Source: Alphaproteobacteria bacterium
Lineage (GTDB): Bacteria > Pseudomonadota > Alphaproteobacteria > Caedimonadales > UBA9215
DNA: 64,000 nucleotides
Direction: 5' to 3'
Assembly (NCBI GenBank): GCA_965204765.1
Contig: CBDBFG010000004.1
Span: 570,951 to 634,950 of the forward strand
A program made the translations under genes and the position numbers. This document shows positions 9,338 through 19,155 of this stretch, piece after piece. The notes under the pieces were generated by a model, which was not told where the DNA came from, made no database searches, and was given only the letters and a program-made list of their open reading frames with translations. Within the stretch, counting starts at the first letter, position 1. Every line of letters starts with the position of its first letter.

Positions 9338-9424
9338 TGATGATTGATGATTGATGATTGATGATTGATGATTGATGATTGATGATTGATGATTGATGAT
9401 TGATGATTGATGATTGACGATTGA
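9338..9424. repeat. Heptanucleotide microsatellite (TGATTGA): 11 perfect units, one CGATTGA variant and a leading partial TGA
   Basis: I counted the units by hand. Perfect units start at 9341, 9348, 9355, 9362, 9369, 9376, 9383, 9390, 9397, 9404 and 9411, and the variant unit spans 9418-9424. The tract is intergenic between pth and mrcA. Confidence 0.95.
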
Positions 9425-9654
9425 GATATTTATGCAGCTTTAAAATCATGAGTTATTAGAATAAATCAGACAATAGCGCTCTATTCAGGTGATCGAGGTA
9501 AGATACATAGGGTAGGTATTTAGTCGTATTTTTTATCTAATTTAACCGTGTTGTATATTAATTTCGGAAAGAAGCACGATACCTATTGATACTTAGTTAA
9601 ATTTCTTTATCATTATGTGAGGCTTCAAAACATAGTGAATATATAGGGGACGTA

Positions 9655-12102
9655 TTGAGAAGTTTAATAATTTGGTTTTTTAATGCTTGTTTATTAGGAT
9701 TATTATTAGGCATTGTGGCCATAGTCTCTGTCTTTTATTATTATGGGGCTGGTCTGCCAGATTACAAAACTCTTGCCAGCTATCAACCTCCTGTCGTAAG
9801 TAGAGTGTACACTAATGATGGTAAGGTTTTCGCTGAATATGCCAGTGAAAATAGGATATATGTTCCTAATAGTGCAATCCCGGATCATGTAAAGAAAGCA
9901 TTTATTGCTGCAGAGGATAAAAACTTTTATGATCATTATGGTATAGATTTATTAGGTATCTTTAAAGCTGTTATAAAAAATATTTCTCGTATTAGACGAT
10001 CCAAGAGACCAATAGGTGCATCGACCATCACTCAACAGGTAGCCAAAAATTTCTTATTGTCCGATATTGCCACTAGTGTATCAATAGAAAAAAAGATCAA
10101 AGAAGCAATTCTTTCTTTTCGTATAGAAAGGGCATACAGCAAGGATTATATTTTAGAGTTATATCTTAATGAGGTATATTTGGGCAACAGATCTTATGGT
10201 GTTGCGGCTGCCGCATTGAATTATTTTAATAAAGGGTTGCAAGAATTAACCATAGGCGAAGCTGCATTTTTAGCTGTCCTACCTAAGGCTCCAAGTAGAT
10301 ATCATCCACATAAACGTCCTGGTTTAACCTATAATCGCAGGAATTGGGTGATCAAGAGAATGTTAATCAACAAATTTATCACTTATGATGAGGCTAGTGC
10401 GGCTTATAAGGAAAGTATAGTATTGCGTAAGAGGGATTTGCATACCGTAATACAAGGTAACTATTTTGCGGAGGAAGTAAGGCGAGAAGTAGCTTCGCGT
10501 TGGGGAGAAAATGCTCTGTATACAAACGGTTATGTTATCCGAACTAGTCTAGATGATACATTACAGAAAATAGCCAAAACTGCTTTGCAAAATGGCTTGA
10601 TCTATTATGACAGAAGGCATGGGTGGAGAGGTGCTGTTGCAACTATAAAAAATACTAATGATTCAAGTGCAGAAGATTTAGTGGCTCAGTTGCGATTATC
10701 TGAGGTATGTAATGCTTGTCGGGCACTTGGTTGGGATTTAGCCGTGGTTGACCAAGTTCAGGATAAGTACTTGCAAATTATATTGCCAGATAGTAGTCGA
10801 GGGGTAATTGCTTTATCAAATCTTAAATGGGCTAGGCGCTATATAGATGAAGATACTAAAGGAGAAGTGATAACCCATCCTGGTCAAGTAGCACATAGGG
10901 GTGATGTGCTATTGGTAAAAAAGATTGTTAATGATAAAAACAAACAGCATAAAAAGTATGCGGGTCATTACTCTTATAGTCTGTGTCAAATACCAAAAGT
11001 TTCGGGTGGAATAGTGGTTATCGACCAAAATACTGGTAAGGTGTTGGCTATTCAAGGAGGATTTAATTTTAAAATTAGTCAATTTAATAGAGCAACTCAG
11101 GCTAAAAGACAAACTGGTTCATCTTTTAAACCATTTGTTTATCTTGCAGCATTGGAGTCAGGGTTAACGCTATCAACGATCATACAAGATTCACCGATAG
11201 CGATTGATATGGGTTATGGTCTAGGTATTTGGCGACCTAATAATTGGGATATGAAGTTTCTTGGCCCTCTTACCTTGCGGCGTAGTTTTGAACTTTCAAG
11301 AAATATTTCGACTGTTCGCATGATTCATGAAGCGGTTGGAATGAAAAAAGTTGTGAATGTTGCAAAAAGATTTAACATAGATAAGAGCATGTTACCTCAA
11401 CTTTCTGGAGTGCTTGGTGCTAGTGAGACAACTTTGTTACATATGGTTGCTGCATATGCAATGATTGCTAACGGAGGAAAATTTATTGAACCATCATTTA
11501 TAGATTATATCCAGAATAGAAGAGGAGAGACGGTGTTTGTCAATAAGCACCAGGTATGTGATAGTGAGCAATTGCGTGCTGTAGAAGTAGTACCAACTTT
11601 GCAAGATTTAAGGCCACGGGTGACCAGTAGCGCCTCTGCTTACCAATTAACTTCTATGCTAGTTGGTAGTGTAAAAAGAGGGCTGGGCAGATTTTTAAAA
11701 GAAATTAAGGCTACTATAGCAGTAAAATCTGGTACATCAAATGATTGTAAGGACGCATGGATGGTAGGGTACTCTAATGATTTAACAGTTGGAGTGTTTG
11801 TTGGTTTTGACAATCCTAAATCTTTGGGTAAAAATCATTATGGTTCTAATGTTGCCGGTCCTATTTTTAAAGAGTTTATGCGCAATGCATTAAAAAATAG
11901 GCCGGTATTGCCATTTAAGGTACCACGAGACGTAAAGTTGGTGCGGGTTAATGTCAATACGGGAAGACGTACAGAGATCGATGATAAAAATGCAATATAT
12001 GAAGCGTTTAAAGATGGTAGCGAAATCATGCTAGAAAATGATAATAATAGTGATTTGAATGGTAATGAGAATAGTGACGCAGAATTATCAATTGTATACT
12101 AA
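9655..12102 (+). CDS. mrcA: Bifunctional penicillin-binding protein 1A (glycosyltransferase and transpeptidase)
   Basis: An N-terminal transmembrane helix is followed by GT51 motifs (AEDKNFYDHYGID, GASTITQQVAKN, RIERAYSKDYILELYLN). Transpeptidase motifs are also present (SSFKPF, and KSGTSND as the KTG-like box). The start codon is TTG. Confidence 0.9.
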   Translation: MRSLIIWFFNACLLGLLLGIVAIVSVFYYYGAGLPDYKTLASYQPPVVSRVYTNDGKVFAEYASENRIYVPNSAIPDHVKKAFIAAEDKNFYDHYGIDLLGIFKAVIKNISRIRRSKRPIGASTITQQVAKNFLLSDIATSVSIEKKIKEAILSFRIERAYSKDYILELYLNEVYLGNRSYGVAAAALNYFNKGLQELTIGEAAFLAVLPKAPSRYHPHKRPGLTYNRRNWVIKRMLINKFITYDEASAAYKESIVLRKRDLHTVIQGNYFAEEVRREVASRWGENALYTNGYVIRTSLDDTLQKIAKTALQNGLIYYDRRHGWRGAVATIKNTNDSSAEDLVAQLRLSEVCNACRALGWDLAVVDQVQDKYLQIILPDSSRGVIALSNLKWARRYIDEDTKGEVITHPGQVAHRGDVLLVKKIVNDKNKQHKKYAGHYSYSLCQIPKVSGGIVVIDQNTGKVLAIQGGFNFKISQFNRATQAKRQTGSSFKPFVYLAALESGLTLSTIIQDSPIAIDMGYGLGIWRPNNWDMKFLGPLTLRRSFELSRNISTVRMIHEAVGMKKVVNVAKRFNIDKSMLPQLSGVLGASETTLLHMVAAYAMIANGGKFIEPSFIDYIQNRRGETVFVNKHQVCDSEQLRAVEVVPTLQDLRPRVTSSASAYQLTSMLVGSVKRGLGRFLKEIKATIAVKSGTSNDCKDAWMVGYSNDLTVGVFVGFDNPKSLGKNHYGSNVAGPIFKEFMRNALKNRPVLPFKVPRDVKLVRVNVNTGRRTEIDDKNAIYEAFKDGSEIMLENDNNSDLNGNENSDAELSIVY

Positions 12103-12113
12103 GGTTGTTTACT

Positions 12114-13973
12114 ATGAGTAATTTATCAACAATCACAGAACAGATAAAACGTAAGGTATCGGTAATTGATATTGTGTCGCGCTATGCCAAAGTCCATAAG
12201 CGAGGCAGCAATTATGTAGCATGTTGTCCATTTCACAAAGAAAAGACGCCATCATTTTACATATATGAAGACAATGGTAATTATCATTGTTATGGTTGTA
12301 AAGCTCATGGTGATATCTTTACTATCCTTATGGAAAAAAAAGGTCTTAGCTTTATGGAAGCAATGGAAGAGCTATCAGCCATAGCAGGAATAAAAATTCC
12401 TCGAGCGATGATTAATGAAGAGCAGTCGCAGGAAAAAAAAGACAAAATTGATCTCTATTACGAGATCTTAGAGAAAGCAACTACTTTTTTCTATAATCAG
12501 TTATTCGCTGATGGTAATGATAAAGCCTGTGCATATATTATCAAAAGGGGTATTGATAAAAAAACCATCGCTAAATTTCGCCTTGGGTATGCCCCTAAAG
12601 GTAATCATTTATTAAATTATCTTAAAATGCATGGTTGTAATAATCAAGATATGGAGACTCTTGGCTTAATAAAGCAGTCTAAAACCAAGCCTGGTGAGTA
12701 TTATGATTATTTTAGAGATAGGGTAATTTTCCCTATTTTTGATGTGAAGGGTAGGACTATTGCTTTTGGTGGTAGGGTTTTAGGGGTGGGTGAACCTAAA
12801 TATCTTAACTCTCCGGAAACACCATTGTTTCATAAAAGTAATGTTGTATATGGATATAATTTTGCTAGAGCAGAATTGAGCAAAACAAAGAATAGTTACT
12901 CTAGGGTAATATGTTGCGAAGGTTATATGGACGTTATAGCATTATACCAGTATGGTTATGTTGGGGCGGTGGCACCTTTGGGAACGTCATTTACAGATAC
13001 GCAGTTATCATTGTTGTGGCGATTATCACATGAACCTATCATGTGTTTTGATGGTGATTTTGCTGGGAATACGGCCTCTATTCGTGCAATGGAAAATGCT
13101 TTGCCATTATTAAAAGCTGGTTATAGTTTACAGTTTGTTTTTCTACCACAGGGACATGATCCAGACAGTCTGATTTTATCGGGCAGTGGTAATCAGTTGG
13201 CACAATATTATGACAGTGCTGAATCTTTGATAGATACTTTATGGAATCATCTTGTTGACGGGGTAAAAATAGATACACCAGAGCAGAAAGCAGCTCTTAA
13301 GCAAAGGGTCTATCATTATACCGAACAAATCAAGGATACAGCAATTAGAAAGGGGTACGAATTTGATATTAATGCGCGTCTCAAGAGATACTTTTATCAG
13401 TTTGCTAAACAAAAAAGTATAAGTTTTCCTCAAAATAGTAAAGAAAGTTACTTATACAATAATATTAAGCACGGCAATAAGGTAGATGTTTATGATGCGC
13501 AAATAAAAATATTGATGGCATGCATAGTTAATAATCCAACATTATTACATGAATTAGAACAAGAAATTATTGAACTTCATGTAAAAAATGATAACATTAA
13601 CGAATTGCGCAATGGGATGGTTGATTATTTGAATAGTCGTGATGATCAAGAACATTCATTGCATGAATATTTGAGTAAAGTAGGATTGGATGCCATTGCT
13701 CGCAAGATTTGTAATAGTGATGTCTATACCCACGCACAGTTTGCTTTGCCATGTTCGAATATGAGTAGTAATGACAGAAATCTAATATTAGATAGTTGGC
13801 GTGCTATTTGGATGTTTTGTCAATGTAGGAATTCTATGGAACAAGATTTAATAAACGCTAAGGAGCAATTTATTCGTAGTCCAACAAAGGATAGTCTTGC
13901 GGTTATAAAAAAAATACAATACGAGCTTGATGAGTTAAAAATTCAATTTACTAATAAGGACAGTGAAATATGA
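12114..13973 (+). CDS. dnaG: DNA primase
   Basis: A zinc-finger segment ([26 protein letters not shown]) and a Toprim region ([18 protein letters not shown]) are present. I chose the ATG at 12114, three codons inside the TTG track start. Confidence 0.9.
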   Translation: MSNLSTITEQIKRKVSVIDIVSRYAKVHKRGSNYVACCPFHKEKTPSFYIYEDNGNYHCYGCKAHGDIFTILMEKKGLSFMEAMEELSAIAGIKIPRAMINEEQSQEKKDKIDLYYEILEKATTFFYNQLFADGNDKACAYIIKRGIDKKTIAKFRLGYAPKGNHLLNYLKMHGCNNQDMETLGLIKQSKTKPGEYYDYFRDRVIFPIFDVKGRTIAFGGRVLGVGEPKYLNSPETPLFHKSNVVYGYNFARAELSKTKNSYSRVICCEGYMDVIALYQYGYVGAVAPLGTSFTDTQLSLLWRLSHEPIMCFDGDFAGNTASIRAMENALPLLKAGYSLQFVFLPQGHDPDSLILSGSGNQLAQYYDSAESLIDTLWNHLVDGVKIDTPEQKAALKQRVYHYTEQIKDTAIRKGYEFDINARLKRYFYQFAKQKSISFPQNSKESYLYNNIKHGNKVDVYDAQIKILMACIVNNPTLLHELEQEIIELHVKNDNINELRNGMVDYLNSRDDQEHSLHEYLSKVGLDAIARKICNSDVYTHAQFALPCSNMSSNDRNLILDSWRAIWMFCQCRNSMEQDLINAKEQFIRSPTKDSLAVIKKIQYELDELKIQFTNKDSEI

Positions 13974-15997
13974 GTATTGATAAGGATACATTTAAGGACG
14001 GTAATAGTAATTATGTATCAAATGATGAGAGTCGCGATAGAATAAAAAAGCTTCTGGCCAAGGGTAAGGTCAATGGTCAGTTATCCTATGATGAAATTAA
14101 TAGTGCATTACCTCAGGATGAGATGAGTTCCGAGCAAATAGAGGATGTAATGTCCACTATCACTGATATGGGTATTGATATAGTAGATGGAGAAGTGGCC
14201 GAGGACAGAGAATCATCTACTAATGAGGGGGAATTTGAGCAACAGGAAGAAAGTGTAGAGGAAGCGGTTACTAGCAGTAACACTCCTGTGTCCTTAGAGG
14301 GTGGTAAAATAGATGATCCAGTTCGGTTGTACCTGCGTGATATGGGTAAGGTTGAATTGTTATCTAGGGATGGTGAAATAGCCATTGCTAAAAAGATAGA
14401 AAGTGGCAAAAATATGATGATTGAGGGCTTGGGAGAATGCCCTAACACTATACAAGCCATACAAGAATGGCGTGATGGTCTGTTAAATGAAGAAGAATTA
14501 CTACGTGATATAATCGATTTAGAGTATGCCTTTTCTTTGAATGAATCAGAAAAAAATGATGGTGATGTCATCGCTAATGAAGATGATTTGATTAATGAGG
14601 ATGAAGAAAGTAAAGCTGATGTAGCACAGGAAGATGAAAAACCTGATGATTCTTTGGATTCAGTAGAGCAGTCAGAACCGGATACAGAGGAAAGCAAGAC
14701 CGAAGATAGTTCTGAAGAACAAGAAGAAGGTGAAGAGACAGAAGAATTAGACGAGGAAGAGGAAAGAACGGCTAATAGTTTTGTTGCTATGGAGGCTGCG
14801 TTAAAACCAAAAATTCTTAAGATATTTGGTACTATATTAACCACTTACGAGGTGATGGTTAATGCGCAAAAATCTGGTGATAGTAAGGGTTATAAGAAAA
14901 ATAAAGAAGAACTTTCTGTTGCGTTACGTGAAGCCAGCTTGCATCCAATACGTATAGAAGAATTAATTAGCGAAATTTATTTTTTCCACAAAACTTTGAT
15001 TGATAATGAAAAAGAACTGTTACAAGTTATTGTCAAAAATGGGGTTGCCAGAGATAAATTTGTTGGATTTTACTCTGGCAAAGATAACGACTATAGTACC
15101 GATTGGTTTGTGCAGTTGTCCAAGAAAAATAAATGGGATTTTTCTGATGCAGTATGGGAAAATATCAATAGGATATATGATGTTTTTGTTGAGATACAAG
15201 ATGCATCAAACCTGAGTGTAATGGAGTTAAAAAGGATAGTTTCTTGTATAAAAAAAGGAGAGCGCCAAGCTAATAAAGCTAAAAAGGAGATGATTGAAGC
15301 TAACCTGCGTTTGGTTATTTCCATTGCCAAGAAGTATACCAATAGAGGATTACAGTTACTAGATCTAATTCAAGAGGGTAACGTCGGTTTAATGAAAGCT
15401 GTAGATAAATTTGAATATAGAAGAGGGTATAAATTTTCTACTTATGCTACTTGGTGGATTAGACAAGCTATCACTAGATCAATTGCTGATCAGGCTAGAA
15501 CAATTAGAATTCCTGTGCATATGATAGAAACTATTAATAAAATTATTCGAACTTCAAGACAAATGCTGCATGAGATAGGACGTGAGCCTACTGCTGAAGA
15601 GTTATCAAAAAAACTATTGTTGCCTGTTGATAAGGTTAGAAAGGTATTAAAAATTTCTACTGAACCAATTAGTCTGGAGACGCCAATAGGTGATGAAGAA
15701 GATGGTTCATTAGGTGATTTTATAGAAGACCATAATGCAATTATTCCAGTTGATGCTGCCATTAATTCGAATTTAAAATCAGCTACTACTAAGGTATTAG
15801 CTAGTTTAACTCCTCGTGAAGAGAGGGTGCTAAGAATGAGATTTGGTATTGGTATGAATACGGAACACACTTTAGAAGAAGTAGGACAACAGTTTAATGT
15901 TACCAGAGAACGTATTCGACAGATAGAAGCAAAAGCATTGCGTAAATTAAAGCATCCAAGTAGATCTCGTAAGTTAAGGAGTTTTCTAGATAGTTAG
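13970..15997 (+). CDS. rpoD: RNA polymerase primary sigma factor (sigma-70) with a hyper-acidic insert
   Basis: Region 2 ([56 protein letters not shown]) and region 4 ([27 protein letters not shown]) are unmistakable. The start forms an ATGA overlap with dnaG, the classical dnaG-rpoD pair. Confidence 0.95.
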   Translation: MSIDKDTFKDGNSNYVSNDESRDRIKKLLAKGKVNGQLSYDEINSALPQDEMSSEQIEDVMSTITDMGIDIVDGEVAEDRESSTNEGEFEQQEESVEEAVTSSNTPVSLEGGKIDDPVRLYLRDMGKVELLSRDGEIAIAKKIESGKNMMIEGLGECPNTIQAIQEWRDGLLNEEELLRDIIDLEYAFSLNESEKNDGDVIANEDDLINEDEESKADVAQEDEKPDDSLDSVEQSEPDTEESKTEDSSEEQEEGEETEELDEEEERTANSFVAMEAALKPKILKIFGTILTTYEVMVNAQKSGDSKGYKKNKEELSVALREASLHPIRIEELISEIYFFHKTLIDNEKELLQVIVKNGVARDKFVGFYSGKDNDYSTDWFVQLSKKNKWDFSDAVWENINRIYDVFVEIQDASNLSVMELKRIVSCIKKGERQANKAKKEMIEANLRLVISIAKKYTNRGLQLLDLIQEGNVGLMKAVDKFEYRRGYKFSTYATWWIRQAITRSIADQARTIRIPVHMIETINKIIRTSRQMLHEIGREPTAEELSKKLLLPVDKVRKVLKISTEPISLETPIGDEEDGSLGDFIEDHNAIIPVDAAINSNLKSATTKVLASLTPREERVLRMRFGIGMNTEHTLEEVGQQFNVTRERIRQIEAKALRKLKHPSRSRKLRSFLDS

Positions 15998-16063
15998 AGA
16001 TTAGTACATTGGTATTGTCAGTTTAGGTTGATATTAGGTGTGTGCTAAATATGGTTATGCTTG

Positions 16064-17152
16064 ATGAATAAAATGATCAATTTGAAATATTTTATATTAT
16101 ATTTGGCGTCTTATATTTTTGCCTTGATTAGTGAAGGTATTACATGTGACGTTGTCAGCAATAAAAGTGATTCATTAGTTTCAGCACCACTGTATTGTCA
16201 TAATACTAACACAGAGCGGGTTGATATATATTTCCCCGTTTCTGGTGATGTCAATCTAAGGATTGTAAAGCTATCTAGAATTTCTAACATTCATAAAAGA
16301 AAAAAAGTAATAATTTATTTACCCGGTAGGGCATCCTTTTTTGAGAAAAATGTAAGTTTTTTAAATTTTCTGCTCAATCAGTTGTGCGATAATTATTCTG
16401 TAGATATTTGGTGTATTGATCGTAGAGGGCATGGCAAGTCAGATGGTAGATTATCAGGGTTAGCTTATCAAAGATGCCATATTGATTCTTTTGATACCTA
16501 TATAGTAGATCTACATAAAGTATTTTCTAAACTAATATTGCCTAATTATACACAAGATTGCACAGATATTTACCTTATTGGGGCATCAATGGGTGGTCAT
16601 ATTGCCCTTAGGTATATTGATAAATTTCGTGATGATAAGAACACAAAATTTATTAATAAGACCTTATTAATTGCACCAATGATAAAATTTTTTACTCATC
16701 CATTTCCTGATTTTATTGTTAGGCCTATGGTAAATCTAGTGAAATTTTTGGGATGGGATAAAAATTATGTTTTTGGTTATTGCGACGTCGATCTTGCTAG
16801 GGCAAATTTTCTGAAACAAAAAGGTCATCGTAATAGGGACGAGTTTTATAAAACATTAGCAATGTTGCAACAAAACCCAGATCTTCTTACTGCTGGCCCG
16901 ACTTTTGGATACGTGGTTGCTGCATATGATTCTCAGGATATTTTATATCGTGTTAATGGTTATAACATGCCTGTGGTGGCTTTTTTGTCTGGGCAAGATA
17001 AAGTAGTAGATAGTCAAGCTGCGTTAGAATATTGTGCCGCTAGAGGAATACAAACGTTTATTTATCGTGATGCATTCCATAACTTAACTAAAGAAATAGA
17101 ACAATATGCACCAAGATTCAGAGAGCATCTGATAGCTATGTTGCGTAATTAA
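16064..17152 (+). CDS. Exported alpha/beta-fold hydrolase, lysophospholipase (PldB/monoglyceride lipase)-like
   Basis: It has a hydrophobic N-terminus, an IDRRGHGKSDG segment and a GxSxG nucleophile elbow (GASMGGHIA). The length and layout are typical of lysophospholipase-type hydrolases. Confidence 0.6.
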   Translation: MNKMINLKYFILYLASYIFALISEGITCDVVSNKSDSLVSAPLYCHNTNTERVDIYFPVSGDVNLRIVKLSRISNIHKRKKVIIYLPGRASFFEKNVSFLNFLLNQLCDNYSVDIWCIDRRGHGKSDGRLSGLAYQRCHIDSFDTYIVDLHKVFSKLILPNYTQDCTDIYLIGASMGGHIALRYIDKFRDDKNTKFINKTLLIAPMIKFFTHPFPDFIVRPMVNLVKFLGWDKNYVFGYCDVDLARANFLKQKGHRNRDEFYKTLAMLQQNPDLLTAGPTFGYVVAAYDSQDILYRVNGYNMPVVAFLSGQDKVVDSQAALEYCAARGIQTFIYRDAFHNLTKEIEQYAPRFREHLIAMLRN

Positions 17153-17459
17153 AATGTATTCTAACCTGTGATTGTTTGTATTTAATTATAGCGGGGTATT
17201 GGTATATTGAGCATATTGGCCTATGTTGCTTGGTATACAGGTCTCGGAGTGATCTTAATATTGTTAGGAGTGGTATAATTCTTAAACCTTACAGGTGTTG
17301 TGGTGTGTTTTTATCTTGCGTTGTAACTAATACGTTGGTTTAGAATATTTGTTACATTATAGTTGGTAGTACAGAAATCTAATATTAGTGGTATCTAGTT
17401 TTGCTATTGTATATCAATTGTTCTGGCGCTAATACAAGTACGCTAGCGAGGTGTAATTG

Positions 17460-18044
17460 TTACTTTTGTGTCCTACTTAAAGTTCGCCTTAACTTTCTTG
17501 AGTTTGCGGGTTTGGTGATGAATTCAGCGCCAAGTGATTCTGCTGTTTCTTGTATATTTGCGTCAGAGCTAATCATGATGGTAGGTATGTTTATGTTATT
17601 TGTTTGTAGTCTTCTGATTAACTCTATTCCATCTCCTCTAGTTGGCATTGAGTTGTCAGTGATTAATATATGCTCATCATGGTTGGTTAATAGTGCAGAT
17701 AAAGCATCATCTGGTTTGGTAAATTGCCTAATTGAAAAATGTGTTAGGTTTATTTCTCCGTTTGAAATCATGGCATTCACCGCTGTAGTAAGATATGCTC
17801 GGTGAGAGCGTAAAATTAGCTCTTGATCATCTACAATCATAAAGGTTACATGTCTAGTGTTTGGCAATTGTGATAATGATTTAAATAGTAAATCTGTTTT
17901 TGATGCCAGCGGAGAGCTCGCTTGATGTGCGCAGGCTATGGGTGACAATGGTGCAAGATCAAATTCAGAATCTTCTATTTCAAGTGGTAAATACGCAAAA
18001 GAGCATTGCTGTACATGTAGTACAATTAGTAGCATTATTAGCAT
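17460..18044 (-). CDS. Single-domain response-regulator receiver (CheY-like) protein with an N-terminal extension of about 65 aa
   Basis: The receiver-domain landmarks appear in order: the acidic pair in FMIVDDQ, the putative phospho-acceptor in ILITDNSMP, then TIMISS and FITKP (the conserved Lys). There is no output domain and no histidine kinase in the window. The start codon is uncertain. Confidence 0.6.
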   Translation of the reverse strand: MLIMLLIVLHVQQCSFAYLPLEIEDSEFDLAPLSPIACAHQASSPLASKTDLLFKSLSQLPNTRHVTFMIVDDQELILRSHRAYLTTAVNAMISNGEINLTHFSIRQFTKPDDALSALLTNHDEHILITDNSMPTRGDGIELIRRLQTNNINIPTIMISSDANIQETAESLGAEFITKPANSRKLRRTLSRTQK

Positions 18045-18372
18045 TTTATTCTCCTGTTGTTAATACGCTACTGTGCTACGCTGATAATTTATTTAATTTT
18101 CTCTAATGGTGTGGCCTAAATCGTGCAAGCAATAGATTTCATAATCAGTCAACCATTATTTGCAACAGATAAATATGCCTATTAGTCATTGTATATTGCC
18201 TGTATTTTTTGTCAATATTTATATTAATCGGTCATTTTTAATTATTTTTTGCCATGTGTAAATCTTTTTAAAAAGCATAATAATAAGTTGTGTAAAACTC
18301 CTAAACCCCATATTTGTCAATAGTTTTCAATATAAGAAGTATAGTAACAAGCTGTGGATAACTATGTTAAAA

Positions 18373-18437
18373 ACCATTTTTGACCATAAAATCCCAATTG
18401 ACAACCATAATATCCCATGATATACCATATATAACCA
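18373..18437. promoter_or_regulatory. Seven helically phased MCCA (TGGK on the opposite strand) tetramers; candidate MraZ operator
   Basis: ACCA or CCCA begins at 18373, 18383, 18393, 18404, 18414, 18424 and 18434, giving spacings of 10, 10, 11, 10, 10 and 10 nt. At larger scale ACCATAAAATCCCA (18383-18396) and ACCATAATATCCCA (18404-18417) are near-identical 14-mers. The array ends 39 nt upstream of the mraZ ATG. Confidence 0.4.
18398..18426 (+). promoter_or_regulatory. Predicted sigma-70 promoter of the dcw operon
   Basis: A perfect -35 hexamer TTGACA (18398-18403) is followed by a 17-nt spacer and a -10 hexamer TATACC (18421-18426). The TG at 18418-18419 gives an extended -10. The promoter lies about 50 nt upstream of the mraZ start. 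Confidence 0.35.
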
Positions 18438-18475
18438 TTAATTGTATTTTGAAAACTTTATGGGATTTTTTAGAA

Positions 18476-18931
18476 ATGGCATTATTTTTGTCGACTTTTG
18501 TCAATAAGGTGGATAGGAAAGGCAGGGCGTCTGTTCCAGCTACCTTTCGTGCTGCATTGTCGCAAGAATCATTTCAGGGATTTGTCTCTTTTAGATCTCA
18601 TAAGCAAAATACAATAGAATGTTGTGGTTACAGTCGTATGGAACGGCTGAGCCAAAGTGTTGATACGCTTGATCTCTTTTCTCAAGAGCAAGATGATTTT
18701 ACTGCAACCATCTTTGCTGATTCTCTCCAAATCCCTTTTGATGGAGACGGGCGTATCATCCTCCCTAAAAAGTTGATCGAATTTATAAAGATAGATGATG
18801 AGATAGCATTTGTTGGCAAAGGTGCAACGTTTCAGTTGTGGAAGCCACAAGTGTTTCAAGAGGTACAGTTAGAGGCTAGAGACAGAATGATTAGTAGTAC
18901 AAGGTCTTTAAATTTGGGAAAGGAAAACTAG
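18476..18931 (+). CDS. mraZ: Transcriptional regulator MraZ
   Basis: MALFLSTFVNKVDRKGRASVPATFR is the canonical MraZ N-terminus. A second SpoVT/AbrB-like half is present (FDGDGRIILPKKL). I chose the in-frame ATG at 18476 over the TTG track start at 18380. Confidence 0.88.
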   Translation: MALFLSTFVNKVDRKGRASVPATFRAALSQESFQGFVSFRSHKQNTIECCGYSRMERLSQSVDTLDLFSQEQDDFTATIFADSLQIPFDGDGRIILPKKLIEFIKIDDEIAFVGKGATFQLWKPQVFQEVQLEARDRMISSTRSLNLGKEN

Positions 18932-19155
18932 TACGCACATGTGGTGCTTTGTAAGTTAGTATCTTGATTTTACGCTTTACCAATTTTGCTCAAAGAGAGA
19001 GTAGATGTGGTGGATAATATGATCAAAGGTAAGCTTATACCACAGATTGTAGGACATTGTAGGTTTGCTGTCATGAGTGTGAGGCGATATTCAATGTGTT
19101 ACTGAGGTAATTTTGTATTCATAGCGTATTATTGTAATATTTGAGGCAATAAAAT

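Noticed and set aside
9338-9424. The tandem repeat as a CRISPR array or coding repeat.
   Set aside because: The unit is only 7 nt with no spacers. Stops occur in all frames, and no cas genes are present. It is a simple microsatellite.
14113-14844. A 243-aa minus-strand ORF inside rpoD, the longest non-annotated ORF in the track.
   Set aside because: It is serine-rich and low-complexity ([16 protein letters not shown]...). It is the mirror image of the GAA/GAT-rich hyper-acidic insert of sigma-70, so the frame stays open because of codon composition. The plus-strand rpoD reading is unambiguous.
17401-17805. A 134-aa plus-strand ORF opposite the receiver-domain gene.
   Set aside because: The minus-strand frame contains all receiver-domain landmarks in the correct order. 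The plus-strand product has no recognisable features, so only one of the two is likely to be real.
18353-18363. Perfect DnaA-box 9-mers (TGTGGATAA, reverse complement TTATCCACA) at 18353-18361 and 58400-58408, each embedded in the identical 11-mer TGTGGATAACT. Near matches lie at about 37272 and about 41621. I considered whether they mark a replication origin.
   Set aside because: The boxes are 20-40 kb apart rather than clustered. There is no adjacent AT-rich 13-mer array and no dnaA, hemE or parAB context. A rough composition-based estimate gives about one chance occurrence of this 9-mer per 64 kb on both strands. They may be single regulatory DnaA sites, but the window gives no support for oriC.
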